Assembly: GCA_049293675.1 (NCBI GenBank)
Contig: JBAQBR010000001.1
Span: 38,273-102,272 of the forward strand
Length of the DNA: 64,000 nucleotides
Reading direction: 5' to 3'
From: Patescibacteria group bacterium
GTDB lineage: Bacteria > Patescibacteriota > Gracilibacteria > BD1-5 > UBA2023
The number at the start of each line of letters is the position of its first letter. Positions within the stretch are counted from its first letter, which is position 1. This document shows, one piece after another, positions 1 through 13,800 of this stretch. The position numbers were made by a program, and so were the translations under genes. Under the pieces are notes generated by a model that ran no database searches, was not told the origin of the DNA, and was given only the letters and a program-made list of their open reading frames with translations.

Positions 1-30
1 TATATTTTAGTGGATTATTCACCACCCCAT

Positions 31-1554
31 ATGAAATCCACATTCCTTCTCTCAGTTTTTACTGTTACTACTCTGTCGTTTTTATTTTCTACAAGTATCT
101 ACGCAGTAGGTGAATGAAGTAGGATAGACATGAGTGTCTCCCCTATCCGTGATGAGTTCACGGTCGAACGAGGAGCTCCGATAACTCGGACAATTCAATA
201 CTCGAACAATTCTGATGGTCCATACAATATATATATAACAATTGAGGACTGTACTCCAAGTGGGAACTATGGTACCCCTATATGCAAGCTTGCAAGTGGT
301 TCAGGAGTCAATGCTGAGTTCTCATCAACTTGGATTACCGTGAGTGAAACAAGTTTTGTTGTGCCTGCCCGAAGTAGCAAGACGATTACCTATACAGTCA
401 ATCCTCCCAATGGAGCAGCTCCATGAGGCCATTATGGTGCTATATTTTTCAATAATCCAGATACTCCTGTATTCGGTTCCAATACTGTCGGTATGATACG
501 TCGTATTGGTATGCTCTACATGATGCAGATACCTGGAAATATCATCGTAGATCCAAGTCTTGGCTCGATACTCGTAGATGGTCCTGGTGGAGCAGCGAAC
601 TGAGAGGGTTCAATTTTTACATTCAATAGTGCCCCTGACTTCCTAGACAAGATCAGGAAAAACTGGAACAATGCTCCAATGTGGGAAGAGATACTTACGG
701 AGGCCAATCCTCTCTGGGATAAGCCAATGCTCGAAAAAGATAACTTCTCACTCACAATGAAGGTTCCCGTAAGAAACGATGGGAATATCCATATCAGACC
801 AACAGGAAAAGTATATCTCTTCGATGAAAATGGAGTACAACTTGAAAAGGTTGGTAAAGAATCTATTGTTGATGAAAATGGCGTATACATGGGCGAAACT
901 ATTACCAATTACCTTCCTATCAATGATGAGCGCTGAAGTGTCCTCCCAAATACTGAGAGAACTTTTCAGATTGATTGGCTTGGATTTGGCTACGAAGAAC
1001 GTGATCCTGTAACAGGAAAATACGTTATTCAATTTGAGGGCCCTGGAGCATATTATTCTCGACTCACAGAGGAGTGAACTCAGTTCATCTATCCATGGGA
1101 GCGTCTCTCTATCCGCAAGGTAACTCGTACAATCCTCGCAAAGGTTGAATTCACATACAATGATGTGACAACTGGTGAGGATGTAACTAAGACGATGGAG
1201 ATACCTCTCACAGTCAAGTATTCCTATATAGCGAAGACTTTGAATTACGGTATGCTCTTTGCTATCGGGTTCATTATATTCTTTGCCTGGGTATTTATCC
1301 GTAGACGTGATAGACGTATCGAAGTCCTCGAAGAAGAGAACTATGAACTCGAAGATGAGATATCAGTACTCGAACGAGCAAGAGTTGCACATGCCCTCAA
1401 AAAAGAAGCAGCCAAGGCAAGTGAAAAGAAGGTAGTAAAGAAGTCAACTGCAAAAGCTGAAGCAGTAAAAACTCCTACTTCTGTAACGAAGAAACCAACT
1501 GCAAAAAAGACTCCAACTAAAAAACCAGCTACAAAGAATGATAGTCAGGCATAA
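31..1554 (+). CDS. Secreted, C-terminally membrane-anchored cell-surface protein (hypothetical)
   Basis: Frame-1 ORF is open from ATG 31 to TAA 1552-1554 once 5 in-frame TGA (115, 424, 601, 934, 1075) are read as Gly. Track ORFs 130..426, 679..936 and 1165..1554 are colinear fragments. Signal-like N-terminus MKSTFLLSVFTVTTLSFLFSTSIYA, C-terminal TM helix YGMLFAIGFIIFFAWVFI, then an acidic coiled segment and a K/A/T-rich tail. No family recognised. Confidence 0.7.
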
Positions 1555-1557
1555 TAT

Positions 1558-1583
1558 AAAAACCCTCCAATTGGAGGGTTTTT
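1558..1583. terminator. Bidirectional rho-independent terminator between convergent genes
   Basis: Stem CCCTCC (1563-1568) / GGAGGG (1573-1578), loop AATT, A-run upstream and T-run downstream. The radA stop (1582-1584) abuts the T-run. Confidence 0.6.
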
Positions 1584-2904
1584 ATATTTCTTTTACACTT
1601 TTGATTTTCTTTACCTCCATACCTTTCGGAATCTTTCACTCATAACTCGCTGGGATGATAGCATGAGTAAATCCAAGCTTGTGCGCCTCTGCGAGTCTAC
1701 GGTCGAGCATATAAACTGGCTTGAGTGAACCTGTCAGAGATACCTCACCAAGATATATAGTTTTTCCAAGAGGAGATTCTTTTTTGCTCGATATGATGGC
1801 TGCGATACATGCGAGGTCAACTCCAGGTTCCGAGAGTGTGAGTCCACGAGCGATATTGAGATAGACGTCAGATGATTCGAGCTTGATAGATGTGAACTTA
1901 CTCATCACAGCGATGAGGAGTTCGAGTTTGCCCTGAGAGATACCACGAGCCGAGCGTTTTGGATATCCGAACTTGGTATATGTTGTGAGTGCCTCTATCT
2001 CTACGAGAAGCGGACGATTCCCTTCGATAGTAAAAGTCAGGGCAGAACCTGCAAGTTCAGAACTCTCTGGATCTATGAACTCAAGTCCTGGATTCGGTAG
2101 ATCAATCAGTCAGGCCTCCTCCATACGGAAGAGTCATACATTGTCTGTTGGTCCGAATCGATTCTTCAATGCTCGCAGTATTCGATAGTTCTCTGTACGA
2201 ACTCACTCAAGGAAGAGTACAACATCGACGAGATGTTCGAGAGATTTTGGTCATCAGATAGATCCATCCTTGGTCACATGTCAGATGAGGATGATAGACT
2301 TCTGCATTTTTTTTGCTATGTTCATACACATCTCTGTCATTATGCGTATCTGTGAGACACTTCAGGGTGATCACTCGATAGAGCTCGATGACAGGACGGA
2401 GAGTGAATCAATGATAACAATATCAGCATTCGAGCGTTCAATCGTAACAACAATAGAGTCAAAATCTGACTCCGTAATAATATCTATAGCCTCATTGGTT
2501 ACACCGAGCCTATGTGCACGAGCTGATATCTGAGCAATATGTTCTTCTCCGCTCACATAGAGAACATGAGTATTTGTTTTTGGATCTTGTGTATACCACT
2601 CTGCCATCTGGAGAGCAAGGGTGGATTTACCTATTCAGGGCTCTCACGAGAGGAGTACCAGTGAACCAGAAGAGAGTCATCCACCGAGAACATTGTCCAA
2701 CTCACCAGACATACTCATATATCTCTCGATTCCTGAGGCATGGCCCTTGTAGTCGATCTTTGTTGTTTCGAGGACTTTTCATTGTCATATCTTTGATTTT
2801 CGATTTTCCAGTTTTGACTCAGTGAACGTGTTCCACTCGCCACAAGTAGGACACTTCCCTGTCCACTTCGGAGATGTTGTAGAACAATTGGAACAGATAA
2901 ACAT
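1582..2904 (-). CDS. radA: DNA repair protein RadA/Sms
   Basis: Track fragments 1636..1908 and 2371..2607 share one frame, with no TAA/TAG between 2904 and 1585. N-terminal zinc finger CSNCSTTSPKWTGKCPTCGEWNTF. Walker A G-E-P-G-IGKST has both first glycines as TGA (2644-2646, 2635-2637). Lon-like C-terminal domain. Ends IIPASYEGKIPKGMEVKKIKSVKEI, TAA. Confidence 0.9.
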
Positions 2905-2956
2905 AATTCCAGGGGTTAGGTATTAGTATTAGGTATTTTGCCAACAGGAAAGACAT

Positions 2957-3532
2957 CTACTGGTTATCTTCGCCTCTCAACTCTTCTTGTATCTTCCCGT
3001 ATTCAAAACCCTTTCGCATCAGTGCAGAGTAAAACTTCTGTTTTTCAGAAGCAATACCAAGATTATACTTATTTTTATATTTTTGCACTTCTTTTTTGAG
3101 TCAATTATCATCATCACATGACTCTATATATTCTGTGATCTCGTCACGAAAGTATGGATATTTTCCTATGATTGTCATTGCGATGATACGAGTTGACTTC
3201 CCTCGATTGAGAAGCGTCTGAATCTGGTATTCTATCTGAGTTCTGTGAGTATCCCAATCGAGTATCTCGATGTCAGATAGCGCTATTTTTTCTTCAATCA
3301 TATCTTTTGGGAATTCTTTTTTGAAGAGCTTCTGATACATCTCTCGTCTTCCCTTGCCAAGAGAGAGAAAACTTCGCATCCACATATCACACATGAGACT
3401 CTCATCATAACCCATCTCAGAGAGAAGTTCAGTTATATTTTCAACCTTTTTTTTCATAAGGTATCCCGTTACCTTTTTCTTCGATGGTGCATACCGCGAT
3501 ATATAGTTCGAGAGTCGAAGTTGTATATTCAT
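2957..3532 (-). CDS. recX: Recombination regulator RecX-like protein
   Basis: Lies directly downstream of radA on the same strand. Start chosen at MNIQLRLSNYISRY (ATG 3532-3530). Reads through TGA 3101-3103 to TAG 2957-2959. Helical repeat composition is typical of RecX (…MYQKLFKKEFPKDMIEEKI…, …KFYSALMRKGFEYGKIQEEL). Assignment comes from motif resemblance and context only. Confidence 0.7.
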
Positions 3533-3608
3533 AGGAAGATGATAATCATTTTTTGACAAGAACAAAAAAATCTGATACACTCTACTCATATCCCATAAAA
3601 ATACAAAT

Positions 3609-3815
3609 ATGGACACCGATGATATCTTGACTCTCCCGCTTCCTATGGGTCCCCATGCACGTGCATCATATCGCTCACGCATGCAAGCACTCAAAGAATA
3701 CGGCATCAATCCAGCAGCCATAAGTATGACTGAAGATAATCGTCATATTGCACAAGCGGCTCGGCATGAGCGTGAACGCATCCTCAAGGGCGAACACGAC
3801 GTATTCATTGCATAG
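3609..3815 (+). CDS. Small hypothetical protein (68 aa)
   Basis: ATG-to-TAG ORF in an otherwise unassigned 395-nt gap. Locally more GC-rich than its surroundings and contains the 12-nt palindrome ATGCACGTGCAT. No recognisable motif. It could instead be non-coding. Confidence 0.3.
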   Translation: MDTDDILTLPLPMGPHARASYRSRMQALKEYGINPAAISMTEDNRHIAQAARHERERILKGEHDVFIA

Positions 3816-3928
3816 CAATACAGTTCTCTCTCCACAAATTCGAGACCTTAATAGGTATCGGATTTTTTCTTGCATTTACCAGAAAATATGTACAATGTCT
3901 ATTGTCTTTTATATAATAATATTTTTAT

Positions 3929-5599
3929 ATGACTTTTTCCCGTTCTCATGCTGGAATGATTGGAATAATTAGTCTCTTTACAGCGATGATTGCACCTATC
4001 GCATCTAGTGGTAGTCGTGGTTATCCTTTTCCTCTCACGGACGTACAGCTATACTCATATATTTTTCTAATTTTACTCGCTATAGGATTTTATCTTGTAA
4101 GCGTTCGACGGTGGTTTTTATTTCGATTTGTCTGAGGATTACTCGTCTTGATTGTCACATACCTCTCTATTGTAGCACTTTCTGGTTGACTGCATGAGCT
4201 CGAGTGAGGCGTGGCACTTACGCAGATGAGTTGGGGTTGGATCTTCATCATCATTGGTGTTATCGCCACACTCTACACTCTACTCATCAGAACAGAAGAA
4301 GTTGATCCAAGTTTTTCACTCTTCTCTGACATGATTATAGGATTCATCTGAACTCTCACACTCATCTGACTCTCGGCACTCATCATCAGTGTATCGATAC
4401 AGCGAGATAGAGATACACATACATGAGCTATACTCAGAGAGATATTCTGAAGCTGAGAAGTCATGAGCTTTTCTGGTATTTCACAGAGTCCTGCATACAA
4501 ACAGGTCCGTTGACTCTTATTTGAGAGAAAAAATGATAGCATCGTCTTTGGAGTACCAACAAGTTCAGGATCTATCGTCTACCCTGAGTGACGATTCTAC
4601 GAAGAGAAGACTATAGACACTGCCATACTCTGAGGGAAAAATATCGTAATAGGAGAGAAGAATATATGGGTGGATGGTGTGGCAAGGGCTCACAGTGGTA
4701 CGAATAAGCTCAGTGAAAGCATTATCCTCAAGACAGCGAATGGTATAAGTATACTGACTGAGAAAAGAACTCTCAACTATACTGGCTCTATCGATATTGC
4801 GACAGTAGTACAATCAGAATGATGAGAGAACTTTGTCTGGGTAAAAAAATCCAACTCATGATACAGCATAGAGAAAAATGGAAAAGCCATAAATGGAATC
4901 TACAGCGCTATCGATAGTATCGGACTCTCTAAGAGTGGATATGATACCCTGGCTCTCGTTCGCACGGGAAGTGGAGAGAGGATTATCATAAAAAATGGTA
5001 CACCCATAGAAAATCTCCGCAAGAACTATGTTGAAGGAAGTTGGAAAACCAATGGTTCTCATCATATATACATAACCAATGATGCGGGAATCAAGCGGCT
5101 CATATATGACGGCGTGAGTATTGGTAAGGAATTTAGTGATATACGAGAGGTATTTCTTGAGAAGAGTGGCAATGCTTATGCGTACTTTGCCCGTCCTGTA
5201 GGATCAGATGAATACTGTCTCTTTACACGATTCAGATGAAATCTCTGTGGTCTCACAGGATATATGAATCCTCGTCTCGGTGCAGATGGAAGTACTGTTA
5301 TCTATGCTTGACTCAGAGAATGAATCTGGAGTATCTACCGCAATGCCGACACAGTTATCCGAGATACTGGGTACACAAGTAGTGATATATCAGGGGATTA
5401 TGTATTTTTTGATATAACGAATCCCAAACAATATCTCTTCCTCATGCGCATGGAAGATGGGAAATACCAAATACGAAAAAATTGAAAAGTTATTCCTCAC
5501 ATCTGGGAAGACGTCGGACTTGATGTAACCTTCTGATATGACAATACAGTTATCATGTCAGCCAAAGATAGTACTTGATGGCACATCATAGAACTCTAA
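3929..5599 (+). CDS. Polytopic membrane protein with large C-terminal repeat-rich domain (hypothetical)
   Basis: Translated codon by codon: open from ATG 3929 to TAA 5597-5599 with about 20 in-frame TGA, including the adjacent pair 4820-4825. N-terminal third is hydrophobic helices. C-terminal part has repeated G-x-Y/W beta-strand-like segments. Only 3929..4135 is visible in the standard-code track. Confidence 0.7.
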
Positions 5600-5600
5600 T

Positions 5601-5630
5601 AAAAAATCCTGATATAGTTCAGGATTTTTT
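5601..5630. terminator. Bidirectional rho-independent terminator
   Basis: Stem AATCCTGA (5605-5612) / TCAGGATT (5619-5626), loop TATAGT, flanked by an A-run and a T-run. Sits between the convergent stops 5597-5599 and 5643-5645. Confidence 0.65.
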
Positions 5631-5642
5631 ATTGTATAAGTA

Positions 5643-6215
5643 TTATTCTGGGTAAAATATTCTTCGTAATTCTTCTTTCTTTTCTAGGGATAGACGTGCC
5701 TCATACAATATTGGAAGGAGGTTCCAATGATGGTGGAATCATGGATGTGATGAGAGCTCTAGGAATTCATCAAACGTAACAGTAAAAAGTGTTATTTTCT
5801 CTCCAGAATCAGGTATGATATTTCATACTTGATAACATTCTCTTGCAATATAGTAATATACAGACGTTGTCACATTTTTAGTTCATGAGAATTCAAACCA
5901 TGGAACTATATTTTTTGTAGTATATCCTGTCTCTTCTTGGAGCTCTCTTAGTCAACATGTTAGCGGGTCTTCTTCAGGAAAATCAAAAGAACCTCAAGGG
6001 AGAGAGATGAACTCAGCAATAAGTGGTTGTTCTTGTCTTGTGAGAAGAATTCTTCAGTCAGGTAATATAGGAACAACGAATGCGCCATCGAGAAATCGTA
6101 TAGATTCAAACCGACTTATGGAGCCATCATACATAACCTGGTCCCACTGATATATCCGTGATCGAACTCAAGAAAATACGAGCTCAGCATGTTCTGGAAT
6201 TTTCTGTGAAGACAT
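5643..6215 (-). CDS. NUDIX hydrolase
   Basis: Not in the track because it is broken by 8 TGA. Translation MSSQKIPEH… contains the Nudix box G-GSFDFPEEDPLTC-G-LRELQEETG. The first box Gly is TGA at 5994-5996. Ends TAA 5643-5645. Confidence 0.85.
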
Positions 6216-6278
6216 GATCTTGCGTGTCGGTTATAGGCTAAATTATGGTTTTGATTCTCAGCAGTGGATCCTTCGTCT

Positions 6279-7814
<1,536 letters not shown>

Positions 7815-7857
7815 TTAAAAAACAAATATACTATATCGATACATTATATCCATAATT

Positions 7858-8910
7858 ATGAAGTTAGAAAGAACAACAACACCCTTACCAACAACCCTCA
7901 TCTATACTCTTATTGGTGGTATCATCTGAGTCTTGGGAACAATTTTTTATCATCAAGTCTGATGACACTTGGGGGATATATGATTCTCTTCAGTAGAGAG
8001 AGAGAACTCATGAAAATATGAGTTTATACAACCACTCCTTGAGTGTGAGGATACAAGTGAGTCATGAAATCGAAAATATATACCATTCGAAAAGGAGCTC
8101 AAAGAAAAGATTCTTGCGTACCAAAAAAGTAAAAACCCAAATACGCACCTTTCCTTTTATTTCAGAGATTTACAAAATGGTCCATGGTTTAGTAATAACT
8201 ATCAGGAAGAATTTTATCCAGCAAGTCTCCTAAAGACCCCAATTCTCATAGGATATGTGAAATGGGCCGAATGAAATCCTGGCATACTCAAAGAAAAAAT
8301 TCTCATAGAGCAACTTGTAGACTATGAACAAAACTATATTCCGGAAAAATATGCTGAAGTATGAAAAGAATACACTGTAGAGCAGTTATTGGAAATTATG
8401 ACACTCTACTCAGACAACAATGCAAGTAGCAATCTATTGGCATACCTCCCTGAATCTATCACTGAAGATGTATTCTCAACACTGCAAGTACCCTCACCAA
8501 AAGATAAAACCGCAGAAACATATAAACTCAATGTGAAGGAATATGCAAGCTTCTTTCGAATACTTTTCAATGCATCATATCTCTCTAATGCTGGATCTGA
8601 GGCAACACTTAATTTACTTTCACGAGTTAGTTTTTCTCGGGGCATCACTGGAAAAATCCCAAAAGATATAAAAGTTGCCCATAAGTTCTGAGAGCGCATA
8701 TATACCGAAGAACTTCCTGATGGAACAAGTAAAAAACTCGCACAACTCCACGATTGTTGAATCGTATACTACCCAGAAAGTCCTTATCTCCTCTGTATCA
8801 TGACACGCTGAGATACTCTCGAGCAACTCTCTGAGATGACCCAAGATATATCGAAGATGATATATGATACAGTTGATAAAACACAAAACGAGGCAAAACA
8901 AAAACAATAA
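7858..8910 (+). CDS. Membrane-anchored class A beta-lactamase-like serine hydrolase
   Basis: Open from ATG 7858 to TAA 8908-8910 with about 11 TGA. N-terminal TM segment. S-x-x-K (PASLLK), SDN (YSDNNAS) and K-x-G (HKF-G, with Gly as TGA) motifs appear in the canonical order. Confidence 0.75.
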
Positions 8911-8911
8911 T

Positions 8912-8941
8912 AAAAAATCTCTTCTACAAGAAGAGATTTTT
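8912..8941. terminator. Rho-independent terminator
   Basis: Stem AAATCTCTTC (8915-8924) / GAAGAGATTT (8930-8939), loop TACAA, followed by T residues. Confidence 0.65.
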
Positions 8942-8952
8942 ATTGTTCGCTG

Positions 8953-9027
8953 TGGCTCCCCAAATTGGATTCGAACCAATGACCTACCGGTTAACAGCCG
9001 GTTGCTCTACCGCTGAGCTATTGGGGA
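8953..9027 (-). tRNA. tRNA-Asn (anticodon GUU), CCA encoded
   Basis: 75-nt cloverleaf read by hand: acceptor TCCCCAA/TTGGGGA, D arm GCTC-AGCGGTA-GAGC, anticodon arm ACCGG-CTGTTAA-CCGGT, variable AGGTC, T arm ATTGG-TTCGAAT-CCAAT, discriminator G, CCA. Confidence 0.9.
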
Positions 9028-9114
9028 GTAGAACGAACTGGAGCATATTATGAAAGTTACCTTGAAAGTCAAAAAATTTTTTCACTTTTTTCACTTTTTC
9101 TCTACAATCAGTCC

Positions 9115-10824
9115 ATGAATCACCTAAACATACATATAGACACCTTTGAACGGGATGGTGAAGTAATCATCGGTAATATATCTACTATCATCAACGCTGA
9201 CGATCGTATAGCACTTATTGGGCCTAATGGTATAGGCAAAAGTACTCTCATGAAAATAATCTCATGAGAAGTTTCTGAGTATACTGGAGGAATAGAAAAT
9301 ATCTGAGGTATCACTCTCGGATACTTGGAGCAGATTCATTTTATGGATGAAAATAAGACAATCCGTGATGAATTAGCAGATGCCTTCTCTGAGATACGGA
9401 AACTGGAGAAAGTAATACAAGAAGAGGAGGAAAAGATGTCAGAAACTGGTGAATATGATGCCTATACAGATGCTCTCGAGAGGTACAAGCTCCTTGGTGG
9501 ATATACTTATGAGAATGAAGTAGAGCGAGTTGCACGAGGGATTGGGATATTTCACCTGATAGAGAAGCCACTTGTAGCTGTATCTGGATGAGAACGGACC
9601 AAGATAGCACTTGCCAAGATACTCCTCTCCCGACCAGAGTTTCTCCTTCTTGATGAGCCAACAAATTTTATCGATCTCACATCCGTCGAGTGGCTTGAGA
9701 AGTATCTCGTCGAAACTTGGAAATGAGGATACCTTATTGTCTCTCATGACAGAGAATTCCTTGATGAAACCTGTACGAGTGTCATCGAAGTAAGGTGAAA
9801 AGCTGGGATAACTATATATGCAGGTAACTACTCTGATTCCGTTGCAGAGAAGAAAAAAATGCTTGCAAAACAAGAAAAGGTCTATGAAGAACAACAGACA
9901 ATGCTTGAGAGTGAGAAGGCTCTCATAAACCGATTCCGTGCAGGTTCACGAGCTGGATTTGCCAAAAGCCGAGAAAAACAACTTGAAAAAGTTGAACTCA
10001 TAGAAAAACCTGAGGTACGCATCGGGGTCAAATTCAACTTTCCATATGATAAGCATGGACCAGAAACTCTTATCAAGATAGAAGATGCCTTCATTGGTCG
10101 TAAAGAGCCACTTTTCTATGCACGTGAAGCTCTTCTCACCAAGTGAGATAGAGTTGGTATCGTTGGTGAGAATTGAGTCGGTAAGAGTACTCTTATCAAG
10201 ACTCTCCTCTGAGATATCAAGGCCCTTGAGGGCTACGTTCATGTTCATGAAAATACCAAGATACTCTACTTCTCACAACTTCATGAAACTCTCAATATAG
10301 AAAAGACCATCTATGAAAACTTCCATCTACATGGATACAACTTCACACGAGAACGAGTCGGTGGACTCATAGGTATGTATGGTTTTGGCTACTTCGACAC
10401 AGAGAAGAAAATCTCTTCCCTCTCTGGAGGTGAACGTTCTAGACTTCTTTTTGCACTCCTCTGACTCAGGGAATCCAATATACTCATCCTCGACGAGCCG
10501 ACCAATCATCTAGATTATGAAACGCGAGAATCTCTTGAGCTCGCCATCAGGGAATATGGAGGAACGGTACTTTTTATCTCGCATGATCGCTACTTTGTGA
10601 ACAAGCTTGCGAGCAAACTCTGGATTATTGAGGATGGTGAACTTATCATCTCTTATGGAAACTATGATGACTATAGATTCAAGCGTGAACGAGGCATATC
10701 ACTCGATATGTCACTCTTCGATGCTGATGGTGAGCTCGATATCGTACTAGAAGAGAAACTCGGGGCCGTCGAAATGCGACGCATCAGGGAAAAGTTCGCA
10801 CGAAAGAAAAAAAGAAGGAATTAA
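9115..10824 (+). CDS. ABC-F family ATPase (two ABC cassettes, no TM domain)
   Basis: Frame-1 ORF checked line by line from ATG 9115 to TAA 10822-10824. Walker A GPNGIGKST and GEN-G-VGKST (Gly as TGA at 10174-10176). Signatures VSG-G-ERTK and LSGGERSR. Walker B LLLDEPTN and LILDEPTN. Confidence 0.9.
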
Positions 10825-10838
10825 TTCCTTCTTTTTTT
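10811..10838. terminator. Bidirectional terminator with the ABC-F stop codon in its loop
   Basis: Stem AAGAAGGAA (10812-10820) / TTCCTTCTT (10825-10833), loop TTAA containing TAA 10822-10824, then T7. The adhesin stop (10846-10848) lies 8 nt beyond. Confidence 0.65.
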
Positions 10839-10845
10839 GAGAGTG

Positions 10846-13800
10846 CTATAATGGTTCAATACTCAAATTAGATCATGGCTGTATGGTAACGTTCGAACCG
10901 TTGACTTCTGAACGATACTGTATCTTCACAGCTCCTGGACTCGTAACCTGGAAAATACCATCGAACACTGCCACATAGTCAGTATTGGATGCAGCTACAG
11001 CAGTTGAGGTCAGTGTTGTACTTCCGATTGTACCGTTTGAATAGACCTGATGAGCATTACTACTAGTCTGCGCCTGTAGACGACCAGCATAATTGGTAAC
11101 TGTAGCACCGTTGGCTGCCAATGCAATTCAGAGACCAGTTGTTGTTGCAGCAGTACGGAATTTTGCCGTAAATCGGAAGTTATAGTAACCAACTGGAAGT
11201 GATGGGGATGAGAGACCAAGATCACCAAGTACATTTGAAGTCCTGGAAGCTGCACTTGTGAGAACTGCAGTATAATTCCCTGATCCTCATCATCAACCAC
11301 CGCCACTTGGAGTCTCCCATGTTGCAAGTCCATTAGCATCAGAGGTAAGCACTTTTCATGCTCACTCTGTTCAATCAACCATCATAATCTGACCATCTAC
11401 ACGGAGTTTGGCACTATTATTAGTACTACCGATAGTGACATTACCATTCGAGAAGATTCTCATACGCTCACTTGGTGCAGTATTCGTTGTAACATTGCGA
11501 GTGGCAAATATAAGATCACCAAGAGTATTGCCAGCAGTATTAGTAGTTACAAGTCCTATTTCTGCAGGCTGAGAAGATTGTGCAGAAGTATATCAAAAAC
11601 CAATCGTCTGTATTGAGTTTGTTCGTTTTTCTTGTCAACCTATCATAAGATACGGTGTTCCAAAAGCATTTACCATATTGGCGTCTGTTCACTGAACTCA
11701 TCTCTGTATTCGCATCATCTCTTCGGTAGATCAGGCTGAGCCACTATAAGCGAGTACGAGTCTCATGTCTGGGTTTGATGTCCCCATACCAATATTTCAT
11801 CATCCAGTAATCTCTTGGAGCTGAGAGTTATAACCTATATTTACATAGAAGTACTCAATATGATTTGCTGGAACAGTAAGAACTTTTTGCCATGGTGTAG
11901 GAGTAGTTCCATCAGCCAGATAGAGTCCACTACCATAGTTGCTACCACCATTGTACCATCGTCCACTACGAGCAAAGAGTGGGGCATCACCACGCGCACC
12001 AAGAGCAAGTTGATAACCATAACTATCACCTCGAGCCGTCATAGTAAATGAGTTATTCGGACTTGCTGAAAGTCATGTAACAGGATCTGCGATAGCACAA
12101 TCATATGGAGAGCTACCAGCTGCACCATTATAAGAACAGAGTCATGATACACCGTCTTCCTTGAAATATGGAGCATTATATCAGGCACCATTACCATTAC
12201 TTACCACAAATGATTGTTTGGTAGGAAGTTGGAAGTATTTATTGAAATCATATCGAATACGTCTTCCTGCAATATCAGGATCTGGTACTGGAGCTGCACT
12301 ATTGCGACCAAGGGCATCATACACGACTACATCACCATTGGATACTGGAACTATATTACCAGAAGCATCTACTCAGAGTCATACAGCAGCCCCAGTATAT
12401 ACAGGAGAATTGTTATTCACACGAGACATACGTATTCCTGTTGTATTATTGATACCACTATCTACAACAAGTCTAGCAGAGAGAGAACTACCAGTACCAA
12501 TACCAATGTTTCCATTGGTTCAATATATCCAGTTTCCAATATTGAGTTGGTTGGATGCAGTATTGGATACTGCTGCCACACTAGACCCGATGATGATATT
12601 ATTTGCACCTGTTGTAATGCCAGAACCAGCCATATATCCTATAGCTATATTATTATTCGCAAGACTCGCTCTGAGTGCTTGGTATCCAATAGCAACACTA
12701 TTATCATTAGCTGAATTACTATAGAGTGCTTGTCAACCAATGGCTACATTATAATTTCCATCGAGATTCGTCCAGAGTGCCTGAGTACCGATTCCCACAT
12801 TCCAGTTTCCTATACTATTACTATAGAGTGCTTGTGCACCGAATGAGGAATTAAAATATCCAGCAGTTGTATTGTAGAGGGTACTATCACCAACGGCAGT
12901 ATTACTGTATCATGTTGTAAGGGTTCTGAGGCTATTATTACCAAGTCAGATATTGGCTGTACCTGAGGTCTGATAGCGAACAGATGCAGATCAGATACCA
13001 ATATTACCTACCCCACGAAAATGTACTAATGAAAGAGCTCCAGTCCATATCTCAAATCGACTCTGTGGCGTTGTGGAACCAAGAGCAACATATGAACCAG
13101 TTTCAAATAAAAGTGAATTCATAAGCCCATTTCCACCTGTACCGAATTTTGTAATATATCCCTGTGTTCATCCTGTAATACCCGAAGCAGTGATAGAACC
13201 GGAGAATCCAGTAGACCAAGTAGCAAGCCCATTGGCATCAGAAGTAAGGATCTTACCAAGTCATGGGGAACCTCAACCAATAGTCACCTGTCCTGAGAGA
13301 TAGAGATTATTCCAACGGAGTACAGGAGAACCTATATCTCTATACATAAGTGGTGCAGCTACATCTGGCAGTATTGATCCAGATATCGATACATTATTAA
13401 CTGTACGATTTACAATATTATCCGTAATAAGCTTACCCTGAACCGTAAGGTCTCATGTTACTAGAGTAGATCCAGAAACATGGAGGTTGGCAGCGAGTCA
13501 TGAGGATATACCGATACCAACATTATTTCATACATTAAATATAGTTCCGCCTGTCAGGCTATCACCAGCTGAATCAGCTCGAGGAACTTGGTTCGGTAAA
13601 AAACCAAATCAAGTAGCTCAGGCACTCCATGTACAATTAGAACCAAGCTTATTAGCACCAGTAATCCACATACGACACTCTTGTCCTCCATTTTCAGAGA
13701 GAGTAAGGAAAGGATTGGCTGAGTTAGTACTTCAATTAGCCTCAATAGTGACATAACCAACCGTAGCTGCGCCTCCAATAATTCATGGAATATCTCCTAT

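Noticed and set aside
3533-3721. N-terminal 63-aa extension of track ORF 3101..3721 (MAAGLMPYSL…).
   Set aside because: The extension is antisense to the small GC-rich ORF and has no RecX-like character. The internal start at 3532 gives a normal-length RecX.
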